A stretch of DNA of 61,613 nt, the filler included, from Hausera hauseri (lineage: Eukaryota): NCBI GenBank assembly GCA_046269625.1. It is 12 parts of 12 records of this genome, joined end to end, with 100 filler letters (N's around TTAATTAATTAA, not from the genome) between each part and the next. Parts side by side here need not be neighbours in the genome. Positions count along the whole stretch, not along the records: positions 10,871 to 16,450 come from JBJURY010226964.1; positions 16,551 to 25,586 come from JBJURY010431029.1; 10 more parts are not named here. One strand, written 5' to 3'. How positions within the stretch are numbered: position 1 is the stretch's first letter; each line of letters opens with the position of its first letter. Under the pieces are notes generated by a model, which saw only the letters and a program-made list of their open reading frames with translations, made no database searches and had not been told where the DNA came from. Positions 12,675 through 22,845 of this stretch are shown piece after piece. The position numbers and the translations under genes were made by a program.

Positions 12675-14480
12675 TGGCTAACTAAAGTTATATGTATACT
12701 TCTTCTGTTTAGCCTGATGCAAAAAGCACTTTCAATCATTACTTACGATTGTAGTCAAGCTAAGAAAGGTCCAATATATTCCTTACTAGACTTAGAAAAA
12801 TGGCCATTTGCCAATCTGGCGTCACTAACTACAATATCGGAAAAGGAATACTACGTTTATCAAGAGTCGGAATTTGTGAAAACTAAGGTGAAAGAATGTT
12901 TTGTTCGAAAAAATCACTTTCACTTTATTTGCGGATATTAGTATCGAAATTCAGCAATAGTTGAACCAACTACTCCGTTCGAGCCACTCCCTATAATTAA
13001 ACGAATGTGTAACAAAACAGATCAATATTGGAAATATTCGGTTGAAGGCTCGGAAAGGAAAAATCATTAATAAAAGAATTTTTGTGGCCGTGACAATTGA
13101 TAAGACAGGATATTGTCAGGGTGAGTCCTACAATATCAATGGCGAAATTTTGGACATAGTGGCCATTGAAGATTATCAAGTTGAGCTGAAAGAATACGAT
13201 CCTCAGGAAAGATGATGACATTCCCTGAATGTGATTACTATAATAAAGAGTGTGACACTGGTGAATTAATTGTCATACGAAGTCGATATAAATAAGTGTC
13301 AGTTAGCTTTATTAAAAACCTGGAAAGGTTAATGAAGCAAAAAGACGAATGTACAAAGAAATATCTAAGAGCAGACTAGACCAAGTATCGGATATGATTG
13401 AGACTCCGACCATAGTATATTCAGCAAATCCCCAAGACGAAATGAGATTTAATTGGAAAGCGGTATCAGGAGATGTGACCATACGGTATTTCGAACCAAT
13501 TATAAAGGGATATTTCTATCCATAACAGAAATAGCAATAGCTAAGAGGAAGACTGATAAATCAGAAGTAAAACCCTACCTCTATTTTGACAAGATTAATT
13601 TTATTTATCAATTGCAGCAATAAAATATTTATGCCATGTATTGAGAGATAATATTAAATGATTGCAAACTGAATAGGGAGATAATTAGAAACCGGATATA
13701 TTTGTCATCAATAGAGGATGGAATAATAAAAAGATGCAGTCGAATCACCCGATGCAGATGGGAAGTTCGCTCGAACAATGGGTGCAACGCTTGTAACCTT
13801 CGAGTGTACAAAAGTACCTGTCAAATTAAGACCAACTACTGATTGTACTATGGAGTTACCCGTTTGGTACAAGGAAAAGCCGCGTTTCTTGCAACCAATC
13901 ACACGAACACTATTAAATCCGGAAGAAAACCCATATGTACATCAAAATTGTGCATATACTATGTCGCCAGCATTTCCATTAAGCGACAACTTATGGATCA
14001 GGATGCCGAAAAGGAGCAGATTACTCCACCTCGCAGAATTAGTTTGATTAAGTTGAAAACTGAACAAACGTATAAGCCATTAACAGATCTAGTAAAGATG
14101 GGCATGTATTCCGAACAATATATGGAAAATCATAGACGGATGATGATGTCCCCTCAACAGACAGAAAGTTTTAACGGAGATGTCAATGAAAGTGTTAGCT
14201 GATCACACCAAGAAAGTTAAATGTAAAAATTTGATGGGACCTAACTATGCAAAGATAAGAGCTAAGTATATATTCTAAGCCGCATGGGGATGGTATGTGG
14301 TTTGGTCAATTTAATTCTGGGTGGCTAGAATTTTACTATATCTTTGCCTTTATAAAAGAAAATCTGACTATAATAACTAAGGCATATGGTATTAAACAAG
14401 CTGCTTGATGCACATGAAAAATTATTTGTGCATTGATTCCATCCATAGCCAGTTGCTTTTTGATAAAAAATGCCGAATGG
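12675..14480 (+). pseudogene. env: Chuvirus-like class III fusion glycoprotein (env) between gag and protease
   Basis: WLTKVICILLLFSLMQKALS|IITYDCS..YSLLDLEK; FECTKVPVKLRPTTDCTMELPVWYKEKPRFLQPITRTL; GMYS..RRMMMSP; hydrophobic C-terminal region at ~14290-14460. Confidence 0.8.
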
Positions 14481-14764
14481 AAACAGAAGAAAAATAAGAA
14501 TGAGGAAGATGATAATAATAATGATGATGAACCTCCAGTAAAGATAAACGCGAGGAAACTTAAACCAGTAGAAAATAAAAGAAAGACATGGAGCCTGATT
14601 ACAGCTCGAAATAAAAAGAGGAGAACATTGTTATCAGATATTCCACAAATGCGGAAATAGAGTGAATACCCAATGGAACAATCACATTTTATACCTCCCA
14701 GTGAATACATAAACACATATTGCTCAAGCGATACGGATAATTATGATCAAAACATGTAAAGCTA

Positions 14765-16450
14765 ATGTTTTATCCCTCAGATCCAAACGCCTCTCTAATA
14801 ACTAGTACTGACAAAGGTAAGGTAATTCCGAGGACGGTAATTTGGATAAATGGGTATCCTATTACAGCTATAATCGACACCGGAGAATCTGCCTCAATGA
14901 TCTCACGTAAACAACTGCCAGAACAACTGAAAAAAGTTGCAAAAACCTATGAAAGATATTACGAATGTTGGAGCATTTGGAAATACAGCACAAGTTAAGG
15001 ATCTGATAAAATGCGAGACAAAAGTTCTTAACCAAAAATTTGAACAGGAATTCAAAATAGCTAACGAATTGGTGGCTGAAGCTATACTTGGATGTGACGC
15101 GTTAGCAAAATTAAAAGATATGTGCATACATATGGAGACTCAACAAATCCAGCCATATCGAAGAACAAAGAATGAGAAAAAGGACACAGTGGCCATTAAG
15201 ACGTGCTAAAACCAGCTAGAACGGAGATTGTGCTCAAAGCTCTAGTAGAAGGTCGAGATGAAGATGTTTATATTGAGCCAAACATAACCTTCATGGACAG
15301 GAATGAGCTATGGTTAGCTCATACAATTGATAACATACGAGAACAAGTGATTGTTTGAATAGCCAATGCCTCTAATAAAACCAAACTGCTTAGGAAAGGA
15401 ACAAGAATCGCTTACGTATATAGTATAAAGGATATAGGTAACAACGCAACGAAAGCCATTATCTCCACCGTACAGGAGTTGTCTGAATTCATGGAAAGAC
15501 AACGACATAAACCGCGAACAGAAGGTGGAAAAAGATTAGAAGATGAACAAATGAATAAATTGAAAAGTCATCGCAACAAAAATAAGAAAATAACAAAATT
15601 TGTTAAGACTCCTATTAGCTGGAACGATTATGATTTGTTTGGTAAGAATGGTGCGCTGACACATGGAGAAAGGTATAGTCAAAATATTACAACAATACAA
15701 AGATACCTTTGCAATGGACGAATATGATAAGGGTATAATACCCGATATTAAACATGAGATTAAGCTAAAATCTGGAATGGATATTCCAATCAAAAAGAGG
15801 CCATATCGACTCAGTTATGATAAACGTAAAAAGGCTAAGGAAATAATGGCCAAAATGAAACAATATAATATAATTAGACCAAGTAACTCACCATGGGCGG
15901 CACATATTGTAATGGTGCAAAAGAAAGATGGATCTATTAGGATGTGTGTGGACTACCGCGCCTTGAATGAGGTAACAGTGGAAAACACTTACCCGTTACC
16001 TAGAATTGATGAGATATTGGATAAGTTAAAAGATAAAATGTTATTTACCATATTGGATTTACAAAAAGGTTTCTGGTAGATAGAAGTACAGGAAGAGGAC
16101 AAACAGAAAACAGCTTTAGTGACCGCAGATGGACATTATTAATTTAACCGAATGGCATTTGGAATAAAGCATACCCGAGCACCGTTTCAGACAGCTATGG
16201 ATATAATTACTATGGATACTTCACACATAATGTGTTACGTGGACGATGTTATATTTGCTTCAACCGATTATAAACAGCATAAAGAACATCTAAAAATATG
16301 TTAGAGAGATGTGCACTTTTAGGAATCAAAATTTGTCTAAAAAATGTTTTGCTCGAACTAAAGTTGACTTTTTAGGCCATACAGTAAGTAAACACGGTAT
16401 TAGTCCACAGATTGGAAAAATCAACAAAATTCAGGATTTCCCAGTCCCAA
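14765..16450 (+). pseudogene. pol: Ty3/Gypsy protease and RT, lineage A
   Basis: AIIDTGESASMIS (PR); ILGCD; RPYRLS, SPWAAHIVMVQKKDGSIRMCVDYRALN, YPLPRID, LDLQKGFW, CYVDDV. Confidence 0.92.
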
Positions 16451-17640
16451 NNNNNNNNNNNNNNNNNNNNNNNNNNNNNNNNNNNNNNNNNNNNTTAATT
16501 AATTAANNNNNNNNNNNNNNNNNNNNNNNNNNNNNNNNNNNNNNNNNNNNTAACGATACTAATGGTCATGCACACTATATAAAATTTTAACCGAACTTTA
16601 GCGTTCCCTAAACTATTCTGGTATTTCTTTCCGTTTTTCTGTTCCTTAAATACTAAATTTTCCGGATGTAAATTTCTGTGGTCATCCCTTGCCTTCTGGG
16701 TAACGAATGGTTTTGTTTAGGTCTACTTCCGGAAAAATCTTTCCCATTTTCCTCCAGTACCCGTTGACTTGGGTATTCTGTTTCAATTTTATGATCTATT
16801 TCCGAGTTCGTTTACTGCTTGTTAAACGAAATTGGCTTGAGATTATACAATAAGGCTCCACGCCCCATTGGATGACTTTTTGCGTTAAAATTGGAACACT
16901 CTTTTTCGTCCAGTAGCTTAATTCATCGGAGGGTCTTCCTTTGCAGTTTTGATGTAGATTTTCGGTCTCTTCATTAGGGTTTTTGTGAGTCGGTGGGAAT
17001 TGTGGAGTTCCTTTTGGAGTTGGTAATAGGGTCTCCTGAACTTTGAGTACGGTGTGTTGAGTCGTGCTTGTAAGCATTCTTTTCGTTAAATGTATCTTGG
17101 TGGTTATGTGAATGCCCTCCCGTGTTTCAACCCTGTGTTTTATTACCATTCATAACTTCATTTTCCTTCTATTTCTTCCTATCTATTCGACCCATTCAAC
17201 ACTTACGATGTTGCACTGGAAAACAAATCGCCATAATGGGGTACATACCGGATATACTTAAAGTTGGGTTTTTTATTCTACCTAATGTCTTCAGGACGTA
17301 AATAAAAATTTAAAAGACTACCTCGGAGGTATTAGGTAAACGATGTAGAGAAGGTGTTGGAAAGTACTTTGTTAGTGGCAGAAAGTAGGTGTGTAAAAGA
17401 TGTGTTCTTGTTTCTTTGAACTGATTTCTACTAAAATGAACGTTAAGGAAAATTAATCGGATCTAAATTTATTCAAAATAGGAAATAGTTACTACTATAG
17501 GGTTTTAAATAATCAAAGTAGGATGAAATTTATTCCATAATTTGGAAATATTTCTATATGTAAAAATTTGTTTTGTTGTGAAAATAGTTAGATTTTGAAA
17601 AAATTTTTGGGCTCCCCTCTGAAGGAAAGTTTTGGATTAT

Positions 17641-20600
17641 TTAATTACTTCTGGTTTTATGAGACCTGAGTGTCATTGGAGATGTTCTTTGGTGTAATTT
17701 GAATGAAGCGTGAGGTCTGTAAGACGGATCTTTTGTTCTGTTATCTTGTTGTGTAGGCGTTGGTGGGGAGTCAAAATTTGTTCTTTGTTTTGGTGTGAGC
17801 ATATGTGATTGTTCTTGTGTTTCTTCTCGTGTCTCGAGTGGTATTTCGTTTCTTTTGGGTATGACTCTTGTCTCTAGTTTTGGTGTCTCCCTTCTCTTGG
17901 GTATGGCTCCTGTCTCTCGTGTTGGTGTACATTTTGGTGTCTCCTTTCTCTTGGGTATGGCTTCTGTCTCTCGTGTGGGTGTTTGTCTGTTGGACCTGTT
18001 ATCTTCGGAGTCGTGTATTTCTAGGTTAGTTGGTGATTGGTGAGGTTTCTTCGATGGTGTTTTTGACGTGTGAGAGTTTGTTTCGTGAATGATTTGTGGA
18101 AGTGCATCATTGTGTGAGGTGTCGGATATGAGGTCATCAGAGCTTGAATCAGATAGATTGTCATTTATGATCGAATGACGCTTAGCGCTCAATGAGTCAT
18201 CAACGATAGGTGAATTCCTTGTTATTTCCTTGTTCGAATCTTCCACTCTTGGTTGTTGAGTTGCGATGGGGTGATGGAGAAAGTATTTGTACTCCCTTAT
18301 TGGTGGTGGATCTTCGTTGTTTGACGCATTGGTTTTGGACTTATCTTTTCGGTTGTCGTCGGGTTTCCTTGTCATGTCTTTCCTTTTCGATGTTGGTCTT
18401 TCACTCTCCTCATCCGATCTCTTTTCCTCATACATCCAATAATCTTTGTTCTTAAACGATAGTTGGGAGTATGGATGTATCGGTGCCTTAGCTATTTTTA
18501 CATTGTCTAAGTGTGCGGTGAAAGTTTTCCCTGTATTGAGACACTCACACATTATTTTGTTTCCCCCCAGAAGGGATCTACAAATATACGGTCCTGACCA
18601 TTTCTTAAATAGCTTGGAGGACTGATGAGGTTTCTTTACTGCCAAAAGAAACACATAGTTCCCTACCTTTATCGGTCTGTCAGGGGCTCTTGCATGTTGC
18701 CTAGAGATGTTTTTGGCAGTGGTGTCTTCGAGATGATCTCTACCTAAGTCTCTAATTTCCCTCGCTCTTTCTACGATGGATTGTACGAAATCTGAGACAT
18801 GTTCTCCTTCCTCCACCATTCCTTTGTTGTAAAAGGTGTGTGGAGAAGAATAGTCAGGTAGTTCCCATGGTAGACGTTTCACATAGCCATGTAGTAGATA
18901 ATGTGGTGATGTGCCTATTGATCGATTGTAGGCACTGTTGATCGAAATTTGTGCAAAAGGAAGGTAGGCACTCCAATCCTTATGGTTGTTAGCTACATAG
19001 CTTCTTAGGTAGTTGGCGATGTTGGCGTTCTCGCGTTCAACTAAACCGTTAGAAGCGGGGTGTCTCACGGAAATACACACTTTCTTTACTCTCCATTGCT
19101 TGCACAGCTGTTGAAACAGTTCGGAGGTAAATTCACTGGCCCCATCGGAGATTAACGTTTCCGGAGCTCCATGGTTCATGATTACTCTAGTTAGGAGAGC
19201 TTTGGCCACTTCTTCGCTTTTCCTCGTCTTGGTGGCTACGATCTCGACGTATCTTGTGAGTGCGTCCTTGAAGACAAGAATGTATTTTTCACCCGTTTTT
19301 TCACATGCTGGTAAAGGGCCTAAGGTGTCCATGTGGCATCGACTGAAAGGGGTAAAGGGCAAGGGCCACTTATTTAAGGCCGCGGGTTTTGGTGTATTTC
19401 CCTTTACTTTGAGACAAATCTCGCATGTTTGGCAATATTTAGTTACCAAGCCCGTCATATGAGGGAATATAAATCTCTCCTTGATCCTCTTTTCCGTCCT
19501 CTGTATTCCCCCATGTCCCGCTCCTAATCCAGCGTGTGCATTTTCAATCACTGAATAGATTAAGGAGTCAGGCACTTGAATCAAATCTCTGCCATCTTTG
19601 TTAGCCCAATGTAGGATGTTTTTCCTAAACACGTGTGGATAAGTCTCTTCATTGTTACGTCCCTTACTATTTTCCTTTCGTGTCCATTCGTAGAGTTTAC
19701 CCACCCTTGGACATTTTATTTGTTCTTTTCTTAAGACTTCTTCGGTGAGAGGAAGAATCTCCTTCGGTAGGCTCTTTGCTGTAAACCTACACACCTGGGG
19801 TGAGGGATTGCGCGATAGAAAGTCGGGGACGACGTTAAGTCTTCCCTTCCTATACGAAATGGTAGGATTAAACGAATTAATATACAAAACCCATCTAGCC
19901 ATGCGTCCAGATTCTTGTTTGTGTCTCAAGATGTGCACTAAAGAGGCATTATCTGTCTGCACTTCGACTGGGTAACCTAGGATGGTGTTTTTGTATTTCT
20001 TGAACGCATGTACGATTGCCAGGCATTCAAGTTCGATCGTTGGGTAGTTGAGCTCTGCCTTAGTGAGTCCTCGTGAGATGAATGATAAAGGCTTCTCCCG
20101 GCCTTCCTTGTCCAACTGGTATAGCACTGCGGCTATCCCAACTTGTGAAGCGTCCGTGTTGATGTAAAATTTCTTTTTATAGCACGGATAATTCAATTGG
20201 GGTTCAATGATGAGCTTCTCCTTGAGAGTATCGAAGGCTCTCTGTTGTTCGGGTCCCCAAACGAATTGAGTTGACTTCCTTGTAAGTTGTGTCAGCGGTT
20301 TTGCGACTTCTGCATATTTTGCAATGTGGTTCCGAAAATATCCGAAGAAACCCAAAAGACTCTGAGTCTCCTTGACATTAGTCGGCGGCACGAAAGTTTG
20401 CATGGTTTGCAGTTTCGCTGGGTCAGGTGATATACCCTCTTTGTTTAATTTGAAGCCCAGATAAATTACTGAACTTCTGAAAAAGTTACATTTTGATAGC
20501 TTAATTTTTAGATTGTTCCTTCGGAAGGAGTTGAATACTTCCTCCAGTTTAGAGTAATGGCTGGGTTTGTCCTTGGTGCAGATGAGTACATCGTCAAGAA

Positions 20601-22845
20601 AGACAAAAACGTTTTCTCTCAGAAGTTCCCCAAGAACAATATTCATTACTCGGCTAAAAAGACTGGGCGCAGTCTTTATCCCGAAGTTCATTCTTGTGGG
20701 ACAGAAGTGTCCCTTTCTTGTCCTGAAGGCCATGAGTTTTTGGCTTTCTTCCTCAATTTCGATTGAGTTGTAGGCGTCGAGCAAATCGAGGTTAGTGAAA
20801 TAGGTGTTTCCCGCTAGCGAGGACAAAATGTCCTCAATCGATGGGATAGGGTAATTGTCACTCTCGATGTAATTGTTAAGGTATCTATAATCTGTACATA
20901 TGCGTACTCTTGTAGTGTTCTTCTTCGGTATCACCAAGAGGGGTGATGAATGGGGTGATGTACAAGGCTTTATGTACCCCTTTCTGAGACTCTCATCCAC
21001 CCACTCATCCACTTTAACTAAGTAAGAGTGAGGGAGTCTATATTGCTTTCGAAATATTACCTTTGGTGCGTTAGGCTGAAGATTCACCTTGTACTTCGTG
21101 ATTGGGCACGGTTCCACCGTGTCGTCGTCAAGAGCAATCACATCGCGATGCTTTAACAAGAAGTCGAGTAATTGTGACATTTGAGAAGGGTCTTCGAGTA
21201 AGTTTTCTTCGGACTCTTTCCCTTCTAATGCGTTTTTAATGATATCACGATATTCTTTCCTGAGTTCTTTGGTCGAAAGACCATCGGAGATCGTGACTGC
21301 GTTTATTGTAGGACGGGGGCTCTCTTCCGGCAATACTATAATAGGTGAGCCTATAGAGAGTAAATTCCCCTTCGTTATTTCAATCTCGCTCGGGCTGAGA
21401 TTGATTGCTTCTATGCACACAGTGCCATCTTCAACGGCGCTTACAGTGTTTCCTAGGAAGACTGTATCCCGGAGTCGATTCTGCTCCGAAGCGATGACCA
21501 ATCCATTCCAAGGTTTGGTTCTTCCTGGAGATAATATGTCGGCCTTTATGACCTTTTTTGAGTGTGGGGGTAAGGTGGTGCCCCCCCTGGCGTAGAGATT
21601 ATAGACTACTTCATCATCTATTAGATAATCTCCACAAATAATGCTTTCCCTTTTTGGGAAAGTTTGTGCCCTTCGGTCTACTAATCTCCCTTTTTTCATG
21701 CTGCTATCTATGGAAGCGGAAAGAGGAATATTGACCTTCGCGGCAGTAATATCTTGTTCCATCACAATGGAAGAGCAAGTTTGAGAAAGACTTTGGTGCG
21801 AGCGATAATTTAATGTCTTATCTTGACACTGCGCTGAAGAACCCGAAGGTTCGTGCCACCTGGCCTCTCCCCACTTAGTCGTAATAGGCTGAAAAATGTC
21901 ACCGGATGGGCCTTTGAGTGGCTTCTCATCATGAAGATTCTGTAAGGATAATGAAGTCTCGGGTATCCCTGAGTTAGTAGGGTCCGAATCTCCTTCTTTA
22001 GGAGAATCATAGTTAATAATGTGGCGGTTCGCAGTACGTCCATAACCTTCTCGAATCCGATCAAAGGTGTCACTTGTAGCGTCCGCAGTGTATCGAGTTT
22101 TTCCATTGCAGGGCTCGATCACCCTAGAGTTATAGTTAATAATTTGGCGGTTTGCAGTACGTCCATAGCCTTCTTGTTCCTTCTGCATTCGAGGAACGGC
22201 GTCGCATGTCGCTTCCGCGGGTGCTCGATTTACCATGTCGGAGGGTTCGGCTACCCGGTGGGGGTATTCCTGCTCGGTCATCCCCTGATTTGAAGTGAGG
22301 CGGTATATAGCAGAGAGCTTCTTCATTGATTTTCCGCCAGTCTCTTGTATCAAGACTGTTTTATCTTTGAAGTTGTACCAGAAAGGTATGTCTTCTAAGG
22401 CAGCAGATCCTAGGAGCAGTCCACTCCTGCCGGGGCAATGATTATCTTCTACGATTTGAGCGTTAATAGCGTACCAGGCCTTGTGAAATTGAATATATAA
22501 TAATGTTTCACCAACGGGTTTGACCCTACTTTGGTTGAAGGCGAATAATGTAATTTGAGGTGAACTTTTTAACGGCTCTTCAATTTTGCCTTCCCATAGC
22601 TGTTCCCACAGTCTCTTTGAGATCAGATTCGACGAAGCGGCGCTGTCGACCAGGATTTGCATATGGGTTGGTTCATCCTCTTTATTTACAGCTACTTGAG
22701 CTTTTATGTAATAAGAAGGCCCAATACGAGGAGTAATATTTAATTCATGGAGAAGATAGTCTTGGGGGTGCCCTGAGTTGGAAGAGATAATTCCTATTTC
22801 TGCCTCTAGAAGTCTCTCTGGTGCTCTGCTACTTACTGAAAATCC
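17641..22845 (-). CDS. pol: Pol polyprotein (PR-RT-RNase H-IN with long C-terminal extension), expressed by -1 frameshift
   Basis: ILVDSAASSNLIS; VFLDDVL; NTDASQVGIAA..ELECLA; HHCC, DDE core, WSGPY; the frame stays open upstream of ATG 22662 to the gag overlap. Confidence 0.95.
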   Translation of the reverse strand, partial: GFSVSSRAPERLLEAEIGIISSNSGHPQDYLLHELNITPRIGPSYYIKAQVAVNKEDEPTHMQILVDSAASSNLISKRLWEQLWEGKIEEPLKSSPQITLFAFNQSRVKPVGETLLYIQFHKAWYAINAQIVEDNHCPGRSGLLLGSAALEDIPFWYNFKDKTVLIQETGGKSMKKLSAIYRLTSNQGMTEQEYPHRVAEPSDMVNRAPAEATCDAVPRMQKEQEGYGRTANRQIINYNSRVIEPCNGKTRYTADATSDTFDRIREGYGRTANRHIINYDSPKEGDSDPTNSGIPETSLSLQNLHDEKPLKGPSGDIFQPITTKWGEARWHEPSGSSAQCQDKTLNYRSHQSLSQTCSSIVMEQDITAAKVNIPLSASIDSSMKKGRLVDRRAQTFPKRESIICGDYLIDDEVVYNLYARGGTTLPPHSKKVIKADILSPGRTKPWNGLVIASEQNRLRDTVFLGNTVSAVEDGTVCIEAINLSPSEIEITKGNLLSIGSPIIVLPEESPRPTINAVTISDGLSTKELRKEYRDIIKNALEGKESEENLLEDPSQMSQLLDFLLKHRDVIALDDDTVEPCPITKYKVNLQPNAPKVIFRKQYRLPHSYLVKVDEWVDESLRKGYIKPCTSPHSSPLLVIPKKNTTRVRICTDYRYLNNYIESDNYPIPSIEDILSSLAGNTYFTNLDLLDAYNSIEIEEESQKLMAFRTRKGHFCPTRMNFGIKTAPSLFSRVMNIVLGELLRENVFVFLDDVLICTKDKPSHYSKLEEVFNSFRRNNLKIKLSKCNFFRSSVIYLGFKLNKEGISPDPAKLQTMQTFVPPTNVKETQSLLGFFGYFRNHIAKYAEVAKPLTQLTRKSTQFVWGPEQQRAFDTLKEKLIIEPQLNYPCYKKKFYINTDASQVGIAAVLYQLDKEGREKPLSFISRGLTKAELNYPTIELECLAIVHAFKKYKNTILGYPVEVQTDNASLVHILRHKQESGRMARWVLYINSFNPTISYRKGRLNVVPDFLSRNPSPQVCRFTAKSLPKEILPLTEEVLRKEQIKCPRVGKLYEWTRKENSKGRNNEETYPHVFRKNILHWANKDGRDLIQVPDSLIYSVIENAHAGLGAGHGGIQRTEKRIKERFIFPHMTGLVTKYCQTCEICLKVKGNTPKPAALNKWPLPFTPFSRCHMDTLGPLPACEKTGEKYILVFKDALTRYVEIVATKTRKSEEVAKALLTRVIMNHGAPETLISDGASEFTSELFQQLCKQWRVKKVCISVRHPASNGLVERENANIANYLRSYVANNHKDWSAYLPFAQISINSAYNRSIGTSPHYLLHGYVKRLPWELPDYSSPHTFYNKGMVEEGEHVSDFVQSIVERAREIRDLGRDHLEDTTAKNISRQHARAPDRPIKVGNYVFLLAVKKPHQSSKLFKKWSGPYICRSLLGGNKIMCECLNTGKTFTAHLDNVKIAKAPIHPYSQLSFKNKDYWMYEEKRSDEESERPTSKRKDMTRKPDDNRKDKSKTNASNNEDPPPIREYKYFLHHPIATQQPRVEDSNKEITRNSPIVDDSLSAKRHSIINDNLSDSSSDDLISDTSHNDALPQIIHETNSHTSKTPSKKPHQSPTNLEIHDSEDNRSNRQTPTRETEAIPKRKETPKCTPTRETGAIPKRRETPKLETRVIPKRNEIPLETREETQEQSHMLTPKQRTNFDSPPTPTQQDNRTKDPSYRPHASFKLHQRTSPMTLRSHKTRSN

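Noticed and set aside
1-16450. Maverick-Gypsy hybrid element
   Set aside because: The Maverick and Gypsy parts lie on different contigs separated by artificial linkers.
17605-17625. AGAGGGGAG (minus strand) as the polypurine tract of the intact Gypsy element
   Set aside because: Not followed by a TG LTR start, and the downstream sequence does not visibly match the 5' LTR region.
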